In this document: positions 9,677-15,823 of the stretch, piece by piece
Numbering within the stretch: the first letter of the stretch is position 1
Layout: the number at the start of each line of letters is the position of its first letter
Assembly (NCBI GenBank): GCA_046758365.1
Contig: JBHIAC010000053.1
Span: forward strand, 1-19,042
DNA length: 19,042 bases
DNA from: a bacterium
GTDB lineage: Bacteria > Zhuqueibacterota > Zhuqueibacteria > Oceanimicrobiales > Oceanimicrobiaceae
Direction: 5' to 3'
Position numbers and translations under genes: made by a program
The notes under the pieces: model-generated
What the model saw: only the letters and a program-made list of their open reading frames with translations
Databases searched by the model: none
Told to the model about the DNA's origin: nothing

Positions 9677-11938
9677 TTACTTCTGAATTACTGCAACTTT
9701 ACCTGAAGCCGAAAGTCCATTCTCGGTATTGGCTAAATATACATAAATTCCACTGGGTACAAAATTACCATTATCGTCTCTGCCGTCCCAAACAACCTGG
9801 GCACCTGGTATTTGCTCTGCTTTAAAAGTTTTGACAATGGACCCAGCGACGTTATATATACGAATATTGGTATTCTCTGCTAAATTTTTTATGATAAAAT
9901 TATTCCCTGATCCGTCTATAATAAACGGGTTGGGGTAACCCGTCAGCAATCTTAAATCTTCTTTTGGTTCTATGAAAGAGGTTTTTAAACGAGACAAACC
10001 ATTCGTTGTGCCTATCCAGACTTCACCAGATTCTGTATTAAACACAAAAGATATGACGTTATTGGATACTAAAGGACTATTACCTGTCGTAAAGTGAGTC
10101 CATGTGACTCCATCATTACTTAACACACTCACACCCGCCGCTGTACCAAACCACTTATTGTTCCTTGCATCTACTCCGATCGTATTAATAAAGTTGCTAA
10201 TTAAACCAAAGCGTTGTTCAACAATACCTTGGAACCAAACATTGAGTCCTTCTTCTGTACCAATCCAGACGAAGCCATCTGTGTCCTCAGCAATGGCTTT
10301 GTCCTCAGCAATGGCAGTAATTTTGTTATCAACTAAGCCGTCATTAATATTCAAACCTTGAGTGAAATCATCGTCGCTTTTATCAAATATGGTATTATTA
10401 TGATCTAAGACTTTAATTCCGTTAGCTTCGGTTCCAATCCATACCCGGTTAAATCGGTCAATTTCTGCGGTCAACACACGATTCGTTCCAAGCCCTTCAT
10501 TTGTTGAAAAATGCGCCCAGTTGCCCTCTGGATTATACACGACTAACGCTTTAGTATTATCAGCCAAAAAATTTAAAATCCATATATTCCCAAAAGTATC
10601 CATAGTTAAATGAGGGATGACTACAAATGCCGGTGTATCTGACCCAGCCAACAGCCCATCAGTTGTGTCAATCTTAGTGATAGCAAATCCATCTGCAGAA
10701 TCTTCAATAATAGTAATTCCACCGCCCCAACTGCCAGCCCATACCCGGTCATCGGAATCCACTAATATGGTTCGCTGGTCATTACTTTTGAGGCCAGTAG
10801 CTTTTGAAAGATTCGTCCAAACATCTCCATCCAGCATATGAATCCCTTGTTTTTGGGAGGCACACCAAAGTCTGCCTTTGGAATCCAAGGCCAAGCCATG
10901 AAAATTATTGCTTGCCGGACTGTTAGTCTCAAATAACTTCCAAGCGTTGTTTTCAAATACGTACTTTGATAAGCCTTTGTCTTGCCTTCCAATCCAAATA
11001 TTGCCATCTTTGTCTGTTTTAAGAGCCGTAATATCACCGAAGCTTGGTCCTAATCTTTGCCATTGGTCAGATGGATTAAGCCAATAAATTCCAGAGTTAA
11101 TGAGGATAACAATAGAAGATTGCGATATAAATTCATTCTTTGCCAAGAGGTCGATTGCAATAATATCTTTTGAAGGTAAACCTACATTTATTGTCTCCCA
11201 CTGCCCATTTTTGTTTCGAGCTACGCCAGATTTGGTTGCTGCATACGGGATGGAATCTAAAACTACTATCTGTCTTACTTGATTAGAAGGCAGACCCTGT
11301 GATGTAGTATGTTTAGTCCAACTCGAAGGTGCTTGCAGATTTGGTAAAGTTAATGAAGATTGAGCAATTCCTTTCTCTGTTGCCACCCATATTTCTTTGC
11401 CAGAAAGAAAGATCGAATTTGCACCAATTTTCTCTAAATTCCCACCCGATGAAAGACCAAGATTTTTGTAGGTTTCTTTGACTTCTCGTTTATCAATGGT
11501 ATAAAGACTTACTCCAATGTCAAGACCTATATAAAGTGAATCTCCAAAGGCCACAACATCGGTAATAGTCTGGTTTTTATAATCCTCTACCACCTCCCAT
11601 TTCTGGTTTTCAGGCCAATATCGATCTAGAACACCATCGAAAAGAGCAAACCAAATTGTTCCATGTTTATCAATTTCCACCGCTACAACTTCATTGGTTG
11701 TCAGCCCTTCTGTATTAGTGAATTTATTTAACTCTTCGCGATGAATGTCTAATTGAAGAACGCCACCATTGGAGCCACTCCAAACACTACCCAAGCCTAT
11801 ATCAATATCCTGTATGACTCCCACACTTGTAAAAGTCTTCCACTCTCCAAATTGTGCAAAAATATTTTCAATTAAAAAGGAAATAGCAATGAGTGGACTA
11901 AAAAACACAAAGCTTTTACAATGCTTTTGTAATAGCAC
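9677..11938 (-). CDS. Secreted beta-propeller (two-component-regulator propeller repeats) protein with C-terminal FlgD-Ig/T9SS-CTD-like domain; PorZ-like
   Basis: Signal peptide then 'GEWKTFTS', many 'D..G.(I/L/V)W.GT..G' blades and 'GL.SN' repeats. C-terminus 'YPNPF...IRIYN..G..VK....WDGRDDNGN.VPSGIY' matches the FlgD-Ig/type A CTD pattern. Confidence 0.75.
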   Translation of the reverse strand: MLLQKHCKSFVFFSPLIAISFLIENIFAQFGEWKTFTSVGVIQDIDIGLGSVWSGSNGGVLQLDIHREELNKFTNTEGLTTNEVVAVEIDKHGTIWFALFDGVLDRYWPENQKWEVVEDYKNQTITDVVAFGDSLYIGLDIGVSLYTIDKREVKETYKNLGLSSGGNLEKIGANSIFLSGKEIWVATEKGIAQSSLTLPNLQAPSSWTKHTTSQGLPSNQVRQIVVLDSIPYAATKSGVARNKNGQWETINVGLPSKDIIAIDLLAKNEFISQSSIVILINSGIYWLNPSDQWQRLGPSFGDITALKTDKDGNIWIGRQDKGLSKYVFENNAWKLFETNSPASNNFHGLALDSKGRLWCASQKQGIHMLDGDVWTNLSKATGLKSNDQRTILVDSDDRVWAGSWGGGITIIEDSADGFAITKIDTTDGLLAGSDTPAFVVIPHLTMDTFGNIWILNFLADNTKALVVYNPEGNWAHFSTNEGLGTNRVLTAEIDRFNRVWIGTEANGIKVLDHNNTIFDKSDDDFTQGLNINDGLVDNKITAIAEDKAIAEDTDGFVWIGTEEGLNVWFQGIVEQRFGLISNFINTIGVDARNNKWFGTAAGVSVLSNDGVTWTHFTTGNSPLVSNNVISFVFNTESGEVWIGTTNGLSRLKTSFIEPKEDLRLLTGYPNPFIIDGSGNNFIIKNLAENTNIRIYNVAGSIVKTFKAEQIPGAQVVWDGRDDNGNFVPSGIYVYLANTENGLSASGKVAVIQK
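10282..10315. repeat. 18-bp-period tandem duplication (16 identical bp) inside the propeller gene
   Basis: tgtcctcagcaatggc at 10282-10297 and 10300-10315, encoding AIAEDK-AIAEDT. Confidence 0.9.
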
Positions 11939-11962
11939 TTGAAGACCAAATATTTACTGATT

Positions 11963-12430
11963 TTAGATAAATTGCTTTAAAAGATCAGCTATCTCTATTG
12001 CTGATAGGGCTGCATGCCATCCTTTATTACCCGCCTTTGTGCCAGCTCTTTCTAAGGCTTGTTCCAAAGTATCTGCGGTAATAATTCCATAAGTAGTAGG
12101 AATGCCCGTCGACAAAGCAATCTGAGCAATTCCTTTTGTGACTTCTGCGGCTATATAATCAAAATGGGGTGTTTGGCCACGAATGAGTACACCTAAACAA
12201 ATTATGCAGTTAAATTTTTTAGATTGGGCCAATTTATTTGCTACCACTGGTAATTCAAATGAACCCGGAACCCAGGCAATTTCAATATCCTCTTCAGTTG
12301 CCCCGTGACGTTTTAAACAATCTAAAGCACCTTCGAGAAGTTGCTTTGAGATCAATTCATTAAACCTGCTTACAACGATTCCAAAGCGTTGACCTTTTGC
12401 TGATAATTGGCCTTCATAGGTTTTTATCAT
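11963..12430 (-). CDS. ribH: 6,7-dimethyl-8-ribityllumazine synthase
   Basis: 155 aa. [43 protein letters not shown]. Confidence 0.98.
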   Translation of the reverse strand: MIKTYEGQLSAKGQRFGIVVSRFNELISKQLLEGALDCLKRHGATEEDIEIAWVPGSFELPVVANKLAQSKKFNCIICLGVLIRGQTPHFDYIAAEVTKGIAQIALSTGIPTTYGIITADTLEQALERAGTKAGNKGWHAALSAIEIADLLKQFI

Positions 12431-12445
12431 TTTGATTTATCATCC

Positions 12446-13717
12446 TTAATTAAGAAGTTCTGTCACCTTTGTTTCTTTTTTTTCATTTTCACCATTTTCT
12501 TCGTCTTTTACTTCCTCTTCAATCAAACCAAGCAGGTGACCTAATTTGTCTCGTTTAGTGGCTAAGTACTTCGCATTCACTTTGTTCGGTACAATTTCAA
12601 TGGGAACCCTTTCAACCACTTCCAATCCATAACCAGAGATGCCAACAATTTTCTTTGGATTATTAGTTAACAAGCGAATTTTTCGAATACCAAGATCATA
12701 AAGAATCTGGGCGCCAATCCCATAATACCTTAAATCTGGTTTAAAACCTAAAGCCTCATTGGCCTCCACCGTATCTTTTCCCTGGTCTTGTAATTCATAG
12801 GCTTTGATTTTATTTTCCAGACCAATTCCTCTACCCTCTTGTCGCATATATAAAACCACGCCCCTACCTTCCTTTTCTATTTTTCTAAGGGCTTGATGAA
12901 GTTGTTGGCCGCAGTCACATCGAAGAGAACCAAATATGTCACCAGTTAAACACTGTGAATGGACCCTCACCAATGTAGGTTCACCTGAACTTACCTCCCC
13001 TTTAACAAGTGCTATATGGTGTTGTTGATCAAATTCACTTTCATAAAGAAGTAATGTGAAATTACCGTATTCAGTAGGCAACTGTGTGGTTACAATTTTT
13101 TTGACCAGCTTTTCGTTGCTGCGACGGTATTCAATCAGATCTCGAATTGTAATAATTTTTAAGTTAAAACGCTTTGCTATTTCAAATAGCTTAGGTACTC
13201 TGGCCATGGAACCGTCATCATCCATTATTTCACAGAGGACTCCTGCAGGATATAAGCCCGCTAATTTTGCCATATCAACTACCGCTTCCGTGTGACCAGC
13301 GCGCACTAAGACACCCCCTTCTCGTGCCCGCAGGGGGAAAATGTGTCCCGGTCGTGTTAAATCTTTAGGTTTTGTTTTTGGGTCAATCAGAGCCTTAACG
13401 GTTTCAAATCTATCAAATGCGGAAATTCCTGTAGTCGTATTTCTTTTCGCATCTACCGATACAGTAAAGTAAGTTTTAAGTTTTTCTGTATTCTCACTGA
13501 CCATGGGATGAAGATCTAATTCATCCAGACGCTCCCTGGTCATGGGTACACAAATTAGTCCACGACCATATTTGGCCAAAAAATTGATTTTTTCTGGCGA
13601 AACCTTTTCTGCCACCATGATAAAATCGCCTTCATTCTCCCGATCCTCATCATCTACAACAATGAGTAATTTACCTTGACGAAAATCTTCAATAGCTTCT
13701 TCAATTTTGTTGAACAT
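12446..13717 (-). CDS. ribBA: Bifunctional DHBP synthase / GTP cyclohydrolase II
   Basis: [29 protein letters not shown] (RibB half); [42 protein letters not shown] (RibA half). Confidence 0.98.
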   Translation of the reverse strand: MFNKIEEAIEDFRQGKLLIVVDDEDRENEGDFIMVAEKVSPEKINFLAKYGRGLICVPMTRERLDELDLHPMVSENTEKLKTYFTVSVDAKRNTTTGISAFDRFETVKALIDPKTKPKDLTRPGHIFPLRAREGGVLVRAGHTEAVVDMAKLAGLYPAGVLCEIMDDDGSMARVPKLFEIAKRFNLKIITIRDLIEYRRSNEKLVKKIVTTQLPTEYGNFTLLLYESEFDQQHHIALVKGEVSSGEPTLVRVHSQCLTGDIFGSLRCDCGQQLHQALRKIEKEGRGVVLYMRQEGRGIGLENKIKAYELQDQGKDTVEANEALGFKPDLRYYGIGAQILYDLGIRKIRLLTNNPKKIVGISGYGLEVVERVPIEIVPNKVNAKYLATKRDKLGHLLGLIEEEVKDEENGENEKKETKVTELLN

Positions 13718-13752
13718 AGATAATTATTTCTGTTTAATTAGAATTTAAAAAT

Positions 13753-14409
13753 TTAATAACCAATTTTATGCAGCCATTCTTCAGATATTTTACTTTCTTC
13801 TGGCTTTGATAGCATTCTTTCTACATACTTACCAATGAGGTCAACCTCGATATTGACTTTGCCACCAACTTTTATATGCCCAAAAGTCGTTTTATTCAAT
13901 GTGTGTGGTATCAAAGAAATAATGATTAAATTTTTGGATAAACGAGCAACAGTCAAACTTACCCCATCAATAGCAATGGACCCTTCAGAAATTATGTATT
14001 TCATTAAATGCATTGGAACTTCTATAGAAATTAATCGACCTCCTTCCCCGTCGGATAATTTATAGCCACCGGGGTGAATGGCAGCCACTTTTCCCACCCC
14101 ATCCACATGGCCTTGAACCAAGTGACCGCCTATTCGGTCAGCAAGTCGAAGCGAGCGCTCTAAATTTACTTTAGAACCATTTTGCAACAATGCTAGGGTA
14201 GTTTTTTTTAAAGTCTCCTCAACAGCCACAACTTGGAAGTTAGAATTGAAAGTCTTGATTACTGTTAAACACACCCCATTGACTGAAATGCTGTCGTCTA
14301 TAGTCAAATCGTTTAGTACTTCAGTAGCAGCTATGGTTAATCGTAACGCACCTTGTTGTTCTTGAACAGCCTCTACAATTCCAACTTCTTCTATTATGCC
14401 ACTAAACAT
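13753..14409 (-). CDS. ribE: Riboflavin synthase alpha chain (ribC in E. coli nomenclature)
   Basis: MFSGIIE start, SISVNGVCLTV, VNLERS, GGHLVQGHVDG, GSIAIDGVSLTV, LIPHT, VNIEVD. Confidence 0.97.
   Translation of the reverse strand: MFSGIIEEVGIVEAVQEQQGALRLTIAATEVLNDLTIDDSISVNGVCLTVIKTFNSNFQVVAVEETLKKTTLALLQNGSKVNLERSLRLADRIGGHLVQGHVDGVGKVAAIHPGGYKLSDGEGGRLISIEVPMHLMKYIISEGSIAIDGVSLTVARLSKNLIIISLIPHTLNKTTFGHIKVGGKVNIEVDLIGKYVERMLSKPEESKISEEWLHKIGY
14044..14078. repeat. Diverged intragenic palindromic element in ribE
   Basis: Minus strand reads TTCACCCCGGTGGCTATAAATTATCCGACGGGGAA, an imperfect CCCCG...CGGGG hairpin. The first 9 nt are identical to the left arm at 17032, and AAATTATCCGACGGG matches 17441-17455 at 13/15. 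Encodes HPGGYKLSDGE. Confidence 0.65.
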
Positions 14410-14413
14410 CGAT

Positions 14414-15502
14414 TTAAATTTCTCTTGTCATAATTCTTCCTGAAAGCAAAACATCTACACCGATTTGGCGTTTACGGAAATCAATAAGATTAATGCTGTG
14501 GTCTATCCTGAGGTGTTGGACGGCGCTTATCCCATCGCCTAATATTTTAGGGGCAATGAATACCGCGATCTTATCTACCAACTTAGCTTTTAATAAAGCC
14601 GAAAATACTTGACTGCCTCCTTCTACCAGAACAGATGCAATTCCCTCCTGTCCTAACTTTTTCCAAAGGGTTGGTAAATCTACACGGCCTTCGGGATTGG
14701 CTTCAATCACCCAAACAGTAGCGCCTCTTTCCTCGATGCTTTTTATTTTTTCCCAAGAAGCTTTAAGGGTAGTTGCAATAATCGTTTTATAAGCTAATGG
14801 GCCAGATAAGAGACTGGCATTCAATGGAAGCTTCAAATTGCTATCTAATACGATTCGCTTTGGATTAACCCCCTTCACTAATCGAACAGTTAGATTAGGA
14901 TCGTCTGAAAGAACTGTACCAATTCCAACCAGAACGGCATCATGTTGACTACGCATTTTATGAACGTAGCGCCTTGCCTGTTCAGAAGTAATCCATTGGG
15001 AGTTTCCTGTATTTGAAGCTATTTTCCCATCTAGGGTTTGTGCAATTTTAAGTGTAGTCAAAGGAAGGCTTGTAACAGCATGTTTAAAATAAGCTTCATT
15101 TAAGGCTCTACATTCGTTTTCTAATAGTCCTATACGAACTTCAATTCCATGATTCTTGAGGAGTACAATGCCCTTCCCATTCTCTAAGGGATTGGGGTCT
15201 TGAGTTCCAATCACGACCCGTTTGATACCTGATTCCAAAATTCGATCAATACAAGGAGGCTGTTTGCCAGAATGGGAGCACGGCTCTAAATTCACATATA
15301 ATGTCCCGCCCTCAACTTGTTCTTCTGCTTCGTTTAAAGCCATAATCTCTGCGTGCTTACCACCATAAACCTGATGAAAACCTTGACCTACGATCGTGTT
15401 ATCCTTCCATAGGATGGCCCCTACCATTGGATTAGGACTAACCTGTCCACGCCCCTTTTCAGCGAGCTTAAGCGTTTTCTTTAATAGCTCTTCGTCGGTC
15501 AC
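14414..15502 (-). CDS. ribD: Bifunctional diaminohydroxyphosphoribosylaminopyrimidine deaminase / reductase
   Basis: SPNPMVGA, HAE, NLEPCSHSGKQPPC (Zn deaminase), TLDGKIA, WIT, VGIGTVLSDDPNLTVR, VLVEGG. Confidence 0.98.
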   Translation of the reverse strand: MTDEELLKKTLKLAEKGRGQVSPNPMVGAILWKDNTIVGQGFHQVYGGKHAEIMALNEAEEQVEGGTLYVNLEPCSHSGKQPPCIDRILESGIKRVVIGTQDPNPLENGKGIVLLKNHGIEVRIGLLENECRALNEAYFKHAVTSLPLTTLKIAQTLDGKIASNTGNSQWITSEQARRYVHKMRSQHDAVLVGIGTVLSDDPNLTVRLVKGVNPKRIVLDSNLKLPLNASLLSGPLAYKTIIATTLKASWEKIKSIEERGATVWVIEANPEGRVDLPTLWKKLGQEGIASVLVEGGSQVFSALLKAKLVDKIAVFIAPKILGDGISAVQHLRIDHSINLIDFRKRQIGVDVLLSGRIMTREI

Positions 15503-15580
15503 TTTTTATTTTGATTCGCAAAGTGTTTAATTTTAAACTTTAATTTCTCTTAATTTCACAAATAGTTATTTAATCGAAGT

Positions 15581-15609
15581 AATATAAATATATTTTAAGT
15601 GCAAGTCAA
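15581..15609 (-). promoter_or_regulatory. Putative sigma70-type promoter of the rib...dnaE gene run
   Basis: Minus strand TTGACT (15609-15604), 17-nt spacer, TATATT (15586-15581), about 80 nt upstream of ribD. Confidence 0.6.
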
Positions 15610-15661
15610 GATATTTTTAGAAAACAATGGCATTACATTTTTCTGGAACAAAACTCTTTAT

Positions 15662-15709
15662 ATACCACTTATAGTAGGAAATTATTTTAAAAAATACTAT
15701 ATTTTGTAT
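15662..15709. promoter_or_regulatory. Tandem NrdR boxes
   Basis: ATACCACTTATAGTAG (15662-15677) and ATACTATATTTTGTAT (15694-15709) match the acaCwAtATaTwGtgt consensus. They are 32 bp apart start-to-start (the classic spacing) and abut the nrdJ -35 element. Confidence 0.8.
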
Positions 15710-15716
15710 TTTTTAC

Positions 15717-15745
15717 TTGACAAGTTGAATTTTATGTTTTATATT
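15717..15745 (+). promoter_or_regulatory. Putative sigma70 promoter of nrdJ
   Basis: TTGACA (15717-15722), 17-nt spacer, TATATT (15740-15745). Confidence 0.75.
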
Positions 15746-15823
15746 AATAACACAATTGAGTATATTTAACCTATATATAATCGAAATTACTAATAAAATA
15801 TTAGATAAAATCGACGAGGATTA

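Noticed and set aside
12298..12308. TTGCCCCGTGA in ribH, matching the left arm of hairpin copy 3
   Set aside because: It encodes the ordinary RibH 'RHGA' segment, has no partner arm and causes no length change; most likely coincidence.
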